Part shown: one piece after another, positions 45,973 to 53,726 of the stretch
How the letters are laid out: every line of letters begins with the position of its first letter
How positions within the stretch are numbered: position 1 is the first letter of the stretch
DNA from: Planctomycetota bacterium
Lineage (GTDB): Bacteria > Planctomycetota > GCA-002687715 > DRQF01
NCBI GenBank assembly: GCA_036479435.1
Contig: JAZGFI010000001.1
Location: 1 to 53,726 of the forward strand
Length of the DNA stretch: 53,726 bases
Direction of reading: 5' to 3'
Notes under the pieces: generated by a model
Seen by the model: the letters and a program-made list of their open reading frames with translations, nothing else
Told to the model about the DNA's origin: nothing
Database searches by the model: none
Position numbers and translations under genes: made by a program

Positions 45973-46583
45973 GTCTTCGCCGCGCCGCGGCGCTCCGCGA
46001 ACATTTTTACACGTGATCGTCGCCCCCACCACCGAAATGCCATCGCCGCGAACAGGAGCGCCAAGATTCCCAGGAAGAGCCACGATTCGCTAGCCTTTAT
46101 CCCCATGGCAACAGCAAACCCAAACCACACCACATGGCTTCCTATCAGGTGCAGACGTTTCCAGACTTTGCGTGACATCCGCGATTTCCATGCCGCAAAG
46201 GACGTCACCACGAGCAGGCCGACCGCGAGGTAAAACAGCGCACCGGGAATGAAAGTGTAGGGCGCGGCGAAGTCGAAATGTTGGGGATAGCTGACGGCGA
46301 TCGCCATCAGCACCATCAAGTGCTGAATCTGCAGAAGGGCAAACCCAAGACCGAGTTCACGCCGGTTGCGAAGCGCCCAGGCGCAAAAGGCATGCTGTCG
46401 CCAAGTGTAAAACGCCGACGCCGTAAAAGAGATGAGGAAAAACGGCAGAGCCAGCCGCGCGCTTATCCGAGCCAACGCCAACAATCGATCGAGCGAGGCT
46501 CCGGAAGACAAACACAGCCCAGTTACCGCGATCGCAATCAGAGCACTCGCAAAAGTGATCCTTCGCTTTTCAAAGTAGCGCAC
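45954..46583 (-). CDS. Ferric-reductase-like transmembrane protein (MsrQ-like heme membrane domain)
   Basis: SARLA, RNRRELGL.FA....H and VTS......M..K.WK.LH, with six TM helices. Confidence 0.75.
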   Translation of the reverse strand: MRYFEKRRITFASALIAIAVTGLCLSSGASLDRLLALARISARLALPFFLISFTASAFYTWRQHAFCAWALRNRRELGLGFALLQIQHLMVLMAIAVSYPQHFDFAAPYTFIPGALFYLAVGLLVVTSFAAWKSRMSRKVWKRLHLIGSHVVWFGFAVAMGIKASESWLFLGILALLFAAMAFRWWGRRSRVKMFAERRGAAKTCRRTR

Positions 46584-46624
46584 CAGCTCGAATCCAAATC
46601 CGCCCCGCCCTGCTTATCGACCTC

Positions 46625-47203
46625 TCAGCGTAGTCGCCGCTCCATGCCATCCGCCAATTTGGCGATGCCGAACATCATGGGGACGCACAAGGCAATCTTG
46701 ATAGCGTCAATGATCAAAAAGCTGGCGAAGCCAGTGCGGAAGGCCTGGCCAAAACTCAGTTGGAACATGGCCAACCAAGACGCGCCCACGATGAGGATGA
46801 TGAGGTTCGCGGGGATCATCGCGAGGAGCGCACGGCTCCAGGTGCGGCCGTAGCCACCGTGATAAAAGTGACCCGCCAAATAGGCCGCGGGGATGAAGCC
46901 TGCGACGTAGCCGCCGGTAATGAGAATCTTCGCGGCTGAGAAGCCGGGAATGAACAAGCATTCCAAAAGGAAAAGGCTCGCGGCGGCCATCCCCAAACGC
47001 GCACCCAGGACCATCCCCAGCGCCAAGACGATAATCGTCTGAGCGGTAACGGGAGCGGCAAGGCCCGGCAGAACAATCTGCAGCCGTGCGCCCAAGGCGA
47101 TGAGCAGGCTACCGAGGACAACACTCGTAACCGCCAACAAGTCCCGTTGGCTTTGCGCCGTACGCGACTCGATATGATCGTAAACCGTGAATTGGGGGCC
47201 CAT
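46625..47203 (-). CDS. bioY: Biotin transporter BioY
   Basis: PVTAQT..VL..G..LG.R.G, TGGYVAGF and FLI.D.IK. Probable start at 47203. Confidence 0.88.
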   Translation of the reverse strand: MGPQFTVYDHIESRTAQSQRDLLAVTSVVLGSLLIALGARLQIVLPGLAAPVTAQTIIVLALGMVLGARLGMAAASLFLLECLFIPGFSAAKILITGGYVAGFIPAAYLAGHFYHGGYGRTWSRALLAMIPANLIILIVGASWLAMFQLSFGQAFRTGFASFLIIDAIKIALCVPMMFGIAKLADGMERRLR

Positions 47204-47329
47204 TGCGAAAGGTCTCCAGGGTTGCGGGGAGCGGAATCGTAACAGGGCGAGCACAGAGTGGGAACGCCGGATGTGACTGCGGCAGAATTGCCGTGCTTGT
47301 TCCCCAGCGCCTTCAAATCGCGGATTGCA

Positions 47330-48043
47330 TCAATCTAGGGGCCGCCGGGCCAATAGGTCCATTCCGAGGCCGATGGCGTAATGCAACAAAATTCCCCCGT
47401 AGAAGGAGCGCGTGCGCAGGGCCATGTACCCGAGCGTCAGGCCCGCGACGATCGCACCGATCGCTTCCGGCATCGGCTTCGAGAAGTGGATCATCGCATA
47501 GGGAATGGTCATCACGAAGATCGCATTCAGACCGAACCTCTTCTCCAGGCCAAACACGACGAACCCGCGGAAAAACATCTCCAGCGCGCAGAACTGCGCG
47601 AAGTAAAAGAACTGCCAGATCCAAAAAACCTCGTCGTCTTGGCGGGCCAGCTGGGGAAATGGATAGGTCGAACGAAAAGAGGGTTGGTGGGCCGCCCACC
47701 ACAGCAAGGGACTCATGAGCAACAGCATGCCCCCGTAGACCGGCAGATGGCGCACAAAGCCGTTCAGGCGAAACCCAAACTCTGCCGGTTTGAGGCGCAA
47801 GACAAAGACCGCGACCAAAAAGGGGACCAGCCCAAACGCGACCACGGTCGAAATCGCCCAGGCGCACTGGCACGCGAAGTCGAGCTCAGTGGCCAAAGGA
47901 TAGCGTTCCTTGAGCCACTCGACTTCGCGCCAGAACTTGACCTTGCCCCGAAACTGCAAGATCACCAGCATCAATGCCGAGGTGAACAACACCGTGCAGG
48001 TCCGAAAGTCTAGGCTGCGCAGGTCGCTCGCAAGCCGTTTCAT
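47330..48043 (-). CDS. CPBP (Abi/CAAX protease) family intramembrane metalloprotease
   Basis: LEMFFRG, YAMIHF.KP..E and LH motifs. Confidence 0.88.
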   Translation of the reverse strand: MKRLASDLRSLDFRTCTVLFTSALMLVILQFRGKVKFWREVEWLKERYPLATELDFACQCAWAISTVVAFGLVPFLVAVFVLRLKPAEFGFRLNGFVRHLPVYGGMLLLMSPLLWWAAHQPSFRSTYPFPQLARQDDEVFWIWQFFYFAQFCALEMFFRGFVVFGLEKRFGLNAIFVMTIPYAMIHFSKPMPEAIGAIVAGLTLGYMALRTRSFYGGILLHYAIGLGMDLLARRPLD

Positions 48044-49773
48044 CCGTCGCGTTTCGCCTCGATCCAGCTCACCACATCGGCGAGCTCAACCTCTTCCGCG
48101 ACGCCACTGCGCCGGCATTTGATCTCCACTTTCCCGTCTTTGAAGGCGCGGCCAAAGAGGACGCGAAAGGGAATCCCCAACAATTCTGCGTCCTTGAGAC
48201 GAGCCCCGAGGCCGAGGTTACGGTCGTCGTACATGACCTCGAAACCGTTCGATGCGAGATCCGCGTACAAGGTCTCAGCCGCCTCGAGGCCCGCTGTGTC
48301 TTTTTTGCCCGCGACGGTGACGACAACGTGGTAAGGGGCGATTGCGTAGGGCCAAATGATCCCGGCTTCGTCGTGGTTTTGCTCAACGGCGGCGGCCGCA
48401 ATACGAGTGGTGCCGATGCCGTAGCAACCCATGACCAAGGGGTGAGGCTTACCGTCTTTGCCAAGTGCCGTGCATTTCATCGCTTCGGAGTACTTGGTTC
48501 CGAGTTTGAAAATGTGGCCGACTTCGATGCCGCGTACGACTTCGAGTTTCTTGTCGGCGTCCAAGATACAGCCGTCGCCGGCTTCGGCGAGTCGGACATC
48601 CAAATACTCTGGGGCGGGGAAATCGCGCCCAGCGTTCACATCCAAGTGGTGGAAATCGGTCTGGTTGGCTCCACAGAGAAAGTTCCTCATCCGCTGCACG
48701 GACAAGTCGGCGATCAGTTGTACCTCATCGGCAAGACCCACCGGGCCGGCAAAACCCGGCTCGGCCCCGGTAGCGCGCTGGACGAGATCATCATTGGCAA
48801 GGTCAAGCGAGACGCAATCAAGGTAGTTTTGCAGCTTCAGCTCGTTGATCTGGCGGTCGCCGCGCATCAGCACCGCGACAGTTCGTTCCTCTTCCGCAAA
48901 AACGGCGCGGTAAAGAACGGTCTTCACCATTCGCGTCGCTTCCAAGTCAAAGAACTCGGCGAGCTGATCGACACTGCGAATGTCGGGGGTGCTCTCAGCC
49001 CGCATCGGCCGCGGCTCGCCCCCGTCGGGGGCCGCCGTGATCAAGCTATCTGCTTTTTCGACATTGGCCCCGAAACCGGCTTCGAGATTCATCAGCAGCT
49101 CGTCTTCGCCCGACTCCGCCGTCACCATGAATTCTTGTGAACCGCTGCCGCCGATCGCACCGGAGTCGGCATCAACGACAACGTACTCAAGGCCAAGGCG
49201 ATCGAAAATTCGATGGTAGGCCGCTTTCATCGTCTCGTAGGAGGCATCCTGGCCAGCTTCATCGATGTCAAAAGAGTAGGCGTCCTTCATCATGAATTCA
49301 CGCCCGCGCATCAAGCCGAAGCGCGGCCGAATCTCGTCACGAAACTTCATCTGCTGCTGATACAAAATGACCGGCAGCTGCTTGTATGAAGAGATATTAC
49401 GCCGGACGAGATCGGTAACGACCTCCTCGTGGGTCGGCCCCAGTGCGAGTTGAGCCCCCTTGCGGTCCTCCAGATTGAAGAGGATTTTCGCTTTCAAGTA
49501 GCCATCGAGACGGCCACTCTCACGCCACAGCTCGAAGGGCTGTAGAATGGGCATCATGATCTCTTGTGCGCCCGCGCGATCCATTTCTTCGCAGATGATG
49601 TGCATGATCTTTTTTACGGTGCGCCACATGAGCGGCGACATCGTGTAGATACCCGACCCGGTCTTGGTGAGGTAGCCTCCGCGCGCCAACAGCCGGTGGC
49701 TAACAACATCGGCATCGGCTGGATCTTCGTAGTAGGTCTTGAGAAACAGGCTCGAAAGTCGCACGCGATGCAT
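48040..49773 (-). CDS. proS: Proline--tRNA ligase (bacterial type with editing insertion)
   Basis: LGPTHEEV, FRDEIRPRFGLMRGREFMMKDAYSF, GIEVGHIFKLGTKYS and MGCYGIG. Confidence 0.98.
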   Translation of the reverse strand: MHRVRLSSLFLKTYYEDPADADVVSHRLLARGGYLTKTGSGIYTMSPLMWRTVKKIMHIICEEMDRAGAQEIMMPILQPFELWRESGRLDGYLKAKILFNLEDRKGAQLALGPTHEEVVTDLVRRNISSYKQLPVILYQQQMKFRDEIRPRFGLMRGREFMMKDAYSFDIDEAGQDASYETMKAAYHRIFDRLGLEYVVVDADSGAIGGSGSQEFMVTAESGEDELLMNLEAGFGANVEKADSLITAAPDGGEPRPMRAESTPDIRSVDQLAEFFDLEATRMVKTVLYRAVFAEEERTVAVLMRGDRQINELKLQNYLDCVSLDLANDDLVQRATGAEPGFAGPVGLADEVQLIADLSVQRMRNFLCGANQTDFHHLDVNAGRDFPAPEYLDVRLAEAGDGCILDADKKLEVVRGIEVGHIFKLGTKYSEAMKCTALGKDGKPHPLVMGCYGIGTTRIAAAAVEQNHDEAGIIWPYAIAPYHVVVTVAGKKDTAGLEAAETLYADLASNGFEVMYDDRNLGLGARLKDAELLGIPFRVLFGRAFKDGKVEIKCRRSGVAEEVELADVVSWIEAKRDG

Positions 49774-49973
49774 CTCCTGCGGGTTTGACGGGGTTGGGAG
49801 GGTAAGAACGGGCGCTCACGCCATCAACCAAGACCGAATTCGATCGATTCTGATCTCGGTGTCGCTGCAAACATCGGCTATTCTCTGTTAATGCCGTTGC
49901 TGCGGAACCGAAAGCCAAACCCGGCTCCGGGCCGATGCCACGAATTTGCCTTACAACCCACTGGGACCTGTTC

Positions 49974-51698
49974 ATGCCTTCAATCTTGCCCCGTCGCCTC
50001 GATGCCTTCGCCGCCTGTTGGCTCAGCCTGCTTTTGTTCGCTGGCTGCTCAGACAATTCAGATGAAACCCAGCCCACTCCCAGTCCCGACAATCAGCGAC
50101 CCGCAGCTCGAAGTGTCAGTGCCGCCGAGACCGAACAAGCGACGGACTTAGTCAAGCAAGCGGTCGAAAAAGCGAAGTCCTATGACTACGCCGATGCCAT
50201 CGCTCTTTACAAGCAGGCCTTAGAGGTCGACCCCAACAATGATGAAGCCTGGCGAGGCTCGCGGCTGAAGCCCATCAGCAAAGCGCTCGCGAGGGAGGCG
50301 GGCCGCAAGGCCGCAGCCGGCGGCAATCACCGCTTCGTTGGTGACGTTGCCAAGGCATTCAATGAGTACCGCAACGCTGCAAAACTCGACCCCAATGTCG
50401 AGTCCTATCAGCTTCAGTATGCTGCCGCAGCCACGGCACTGCTTCGCTTCGAAGAAACCCAAATCATCATCGACGGCATGCTCGCCCGCAACCCGACGAA
50501 AGTTCCCGCCATCCTCACCGGCGCCGAAGCCTGCTACTTTTCCAACGATTGGGAGGGCTGTTTGAAGTATCTGGAAGACATGACGCTCATCAAGGATGCC
50601 GCGGCCAAAAACGGCAAGCTCCGAGACCACCTTCCCAACTTGCTCTACATGCGTGCGGTCGCCGCCCACAAGGCCGAGCGCTTATCAACCGCCATCGACT
50701 CGCTGCGCGAATCGCTCGCTCTGCAACCCAACAACCTTGAACGCCAGCACTACCTTGGCGGAGTCTACCTCGAGGAGGGCCACTTTGACGAAGCCATCGG
50801 GAGGTTCAAGTCCGTCCTTGAAAAGGTCCCCAATCACCCGAATGCAACGGTCAACGTCGCGCGAGCTTTAGAAAAGAGTGGCGACATCGATGCGGCCATT
50901 GGCTGGTACGAAAAGGCCGTCAAAGGCAGCCATCGAGACTGGGATATGCGCATCAGCCTCGCCCGTTGCTACGAAAAGAAAGGGGGCAAGCAGAGCCTTC
51001 TCCGCGCCGATTCCAATCTCCAGGAGGCGATTCAACTCAATCCGCGAGCGCACGATGCCTACTTCACCCTTGACCGCATTCACCGCAAGCTCGGCAACAA
51101 GGGTGTCGCCGCTCGCTACAAAAAGATCTACGATGGCATCAAGGAAGTCATCAACGAGCAAGAGGACCGACTTCGCCTGTTTGCGACCCGAGTTCGGAAG
51201 GACCCGAAGGACATCGAAGCACGGCTTGAGATGCTCGAGATTCACAAGGAATACCATCACAACAAAGACGTGAAAGAGATCGCCATGGAGATCCTGAACG
51301 TCGATCCCAAACAGGCCGATGCGCTTTACTACATGGCCGAGGCCACGCGGGTAGATGGCGATTTCAAATCTTCGTACTTCCAGGCTCTCAAGCTGATGGA
51401 GGCCCACCCCAACGACTCGCGGGGTTTTCACATGGCCGCGTGGGCCCTCAAAGACCTCGGTGATGACAACGGTGCCTTCGTCCTTGCGAAGCGTGGATTC
51501 GAAATGGACGCATCGAACTTCGGCGCCCTTGAAGTCATGTTGCACATGATGAACAAAAAAGGCGGGTACCAGGCCGAGATCACCAAGTATCTTCCCCTCT
51601 ATACGGAACTCAAAAAACGCGAGCAGGAAAAAATCGCGGCCATCGACGCGCGAGAAAAGGCCTTGGAAGTCCGACTCCTTGGCGCGCTTCGCCAGTAG
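49974..51698 (+). CDS. TPR-repeat lipoprotein
   Basis: Lipobox FAGC followed by numerous TPR repeats. Start re-called at 49974. Confidence 0.85.
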   Translation: MPSILPRRLDAFAACWLSLLLFAGCSDNSDETQPTPSPDNQRPAARSVSAAETEQATDLVKQAVEKAKSYDYADAIALYKQALEVDPNNDEAWRGSRLKPISKALAREAGRKAAAGGNHRFVGDVAKAFNEYRNAAKLDPNVESYQLQYAAAATALLRFEETQIIIDGMLARNPTKVPAILTGAEACYFSNDWEGCLKYLEDMTLIKDAAAKNGKLRDHLPNLLYMRAVAAHKAERLSTAIDSLRESLALQPNNLERQHYLGGVYLEEGHFDEAIGRFKSVLEKVPNHPNATVNVARALEKSGDIDAAIGWYEKAVKGSHRDWDMRISLARCYEKKGGKQSLLRADSNLQEAIQLNPRAHDAYFTLDRIHRKLGNKGVAARYKKIYDGIKEVINEQEDRLRLFATRVRKDPKDIEARLEMLEIHKEYHHNKDVKEIAMEILNVDPKQADALYYMAEATRVDGDFKSSYFQALKLMEAHPNDSRGFHMAAWALKDLGDDNGAFVLAKRGFEMDASNFGALEVMLHMMNKKGGYQAEITKYLPLYTELKKREQEKIAAIDAREKALEVRLLGALRQ

Positions 51699-51705
51699 AC
51701 CAAGG

Positions 51706-52983
51706 TCACAGGACTTTGCGCGGCGCCACGACGACATTGGCGACCAAGAGCCCAAAGACCATGGACGCCGCCACGGTCATGGTCGTCACCAAGGCCTCAA
51801 GCCCAGAAATCGTGTCGCGCTCAAGCAGCGACAAGAGCGAACGGAAGCCGATCGATCCCGGCACCAGCAAGATGACACCAGGAATTTGCATGACACTCGC
51901 GGGACGGTCGAACGCACGCGCGTACAGGTTGCTCGCCACTCCCACCATCAGGGCACCGAGCGCTATGCCGAGGTCCGGCGCCAGTAGCTCGCCCCCTTTC
52001 ATTCCCGTCCAGGCCGCCAAGGACCCGAAGGCGATCGGCAGGATATCCCGAGGTCGGGCGTGAAACTGAACCAACAGGCACAGCGGCAGGATGCTCAAGG
52101 CAACGGCGGTGCCGAAACTGGGGACGTCGAACTGCGGTATCCAGTCCAGGCCGAATTTGGGCTCTGTGACCAAGCGGTGGCCAGCCGCGACACCTAGGGC
52201 CAGGGCCAAAAGGGACATAAGCGCTGATGAGAGCCGCGTCGTGCCGGCGGTCAGGTGTCCCGTCGCGAGCTCGCGAAGACCCGTCGTGATCGAGGTGCCC
52301 GGCAACATCAACAAGATGGCGGCAACCGTAACCGCGGAGGCGGCCGCGTTGTCACCTGAGCCGTTGAAGGCAATCGCCCCCGCGGATGCAAAAAAGCCAG
52401 CTATCGGGTTGATGAAGACCACCGAGTTGGGGCTACGCGCGACAAAGGCCGCCACGGCTGCGATACAAAAGCCCAAAGCGGCGGACAGCAAAACGTGAGG
52501 ACCGTCAACACGAAGAAGGATGGCAAAAAGAGCCGCCGTTGCCGCGCTCGAGATCAGCTGAGCCCAGAGGCCGTAGGCCGCGGGCCGGGCTCTGAGATCC
52601 TTGAGCATCTCCAAAGCCCGCTGAGGCCCGACTTCCCCCGCTAACCAGCGATTCATGATCGTGTCGACGTCGACCAATTTGCCGAGGTCCGTCCGACTAT
52701 CCCCGAGTCGCGTCATCCGACTCAGGCTTTGGTCGCGAGTCTCAAAGGTCGCCTGAATCGAGGTCGGCGCCGCGAGTAAATTGGCCTCGATGTTCTGCTG
52801 CCGGGCGCAAAGGGTGAGAGCTTCTTCAATTCGATCCGCCGCCGTGCCGTAGCGATGCAGGGCTTCGCCAAGACTCATGATGAAGTTGATCGCCGATAAG
52901 TCTTTACTGCGCCCGCTGGGCTGGGAACCGGTCCCCACCACTGCGGCCTTATTTTTACCTCGGTTCTTCAAGGCGAGACCCAT
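51706..52983 (-). CDS. Threonine/serine exporter family (ThrE, DUF1212) membrane protein
   Basis: LG.ALH.YG....RIE, DLGKL..V, LPG..IT.G.RELA.G....G and PG...LVPG. Confidence 0.88.
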   Translation of the reverse strand: MGLALKNRGKNKAAVVGTGSQPSGRSKDLSAINFIMSLGEALHRYGTAADRIEEALTLCARQQNIEANLLAAPTSIQATFETRDQSLSRMTRLGDSRTDLGKLVDVDTIMNRWLAGEVGPQRALEMLKDLRARPAAYGLWAQLISSAATAALFAILLRVDGPHVLLSAALGFCIAAVAAFVARSPNSVVFINPIAGFFASAGAIAFNGSGDNAAASAVTVAAILLMLPGTSITTGLRELATGHLTAGTTRLSSALMSLLALALGVAAGHRLVTEPKFGLDWIPQFDVPSFGTAVALSILPLCLLVQFHARPRDILPIAFGSLAAWTGMKGGELLAPDLGIALGALMVGVASNLYARAFDRPASVMQIPGVILLVPGSIGFRSLLSLLERDTISGLEALVTTMTVAASMVFGLLVANVVVAPRKVL

Positions 52984-53726
52984 TGCGAAAACTCCAGCCT
53001 TCGGTCGCTGCCGCGCCGAGGATTCGGGGTGGCGAACCCTATCAGCTCGCCCAAAAACAATAGGTCGGTCTCGTGTTGAGATCGACCCGGTGAAAGATGT
53101 TGATGTTGTTCGTCTAAGACTCGCATCAAGCTTTCCGTGGGGGTCGTTCCCAAGGGTGCTGCCAAAGCTGGTTGGGCACCAAGGCAGTGAGCATGCCTAG
53201 GTCTAGTCGAAAACGCATCCTAAACGGCAGTCTCTCGCCACAAATCATCGGCGAAGGTCGCAGCATGGCATTCGGTTTGTCGTTTTTTCCAGCGCTCATG
53301 CTGAACTGTTACCAGGGCGGACGGGCCCAATTCAAGGCTGCTCTAGATTCGCACAGAAAAAAAAAGCGACGAGCTTCTGCACGTTCGAAACGCTCGAAGT
53401 GGAGGCTATCCGCTCCTTGAAGATCAATCCTGATTTTTGCCCTCGTCGAGGCCCTCGTTTTCTTTCCCATTATTCATTGTCACACGACTTGCCTCCTCGT
53501 GTCTAATTTTGAGCTCCTCAGCGTCTTCGAGATAGTGCTCACGTAGGTCGGCATGACGCTGGTCGAAGGCTTGTGCATCGACAGCAGGGCCAGTTGATGT
53601 AGTGTAAGCACCCACGCATCTTGAGGCTCCCAGCATCGCGCTATTTGAGGCCGCTGTTGGCCTTCAAGTAAGTGAGGCCCACGCCGAGTTCCCTCGTCGT
53701 GAGCCTCTTTGCCCGAAGGCTTCCGA

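Noticed and set aside
52984..53726. Short ORFs at the right edge (53172-53420 + and 53424-53636 -)
   Set aside because: No motifs or convincing RBS, so they cannot be supported from this window alone.

Overview
Bacterial genomic window. The abundance of secreted TPR, HEAT, ASPIC-UnbV/FG-GAP and thioredoxin-like proteins suggests a Planctomycetota-like host, but this is inference. Left ~24 kb: a gene remnant; a complete 2,349-bp IS4/IS50-type element (35-bp terminal inverted repeats) whose single ORF fuses a DUF4338 (DruA/Mom-like) domain to a Tn5-type transposase; and a partial type VI secretion locus. The locus holds an effector cassette (DUF6484-like, DUF2169, PAAR-like DUF4150 with a PD-(D/E)xK nuclease tip, DUF3396 immunity, an unknown acidic protein, a PRK06147-like protein), an orphan Tae2/BPSL0067-like amidase, hcp, vgrG, an inverted tagF, tssJKLM, and a large soluble Cys-rich Ser/Thr kinase that appears to end in a TagH/Fha C-terminal domain. 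tssA/B/C/E/F/G and clpV are not in the window. Right ~30 kb: ordinary chromosomal genes (saccharopine dehydrogenase family, LPS kinase, ilvE, queF, ABC transporter, M15 peptidase, S8 peptidase, aminopeptidase P, bioY, proS, ThrE family) plus a ~42-bp dispersed repeat. I saw no rRNA, tRNA or CRISPR array. The best candidates for new biology are the DUF4338-transposase fusion IS and the rewired T6SS regulatory/effector module. All family assignments come from motif recognition by eye, not from database searches.
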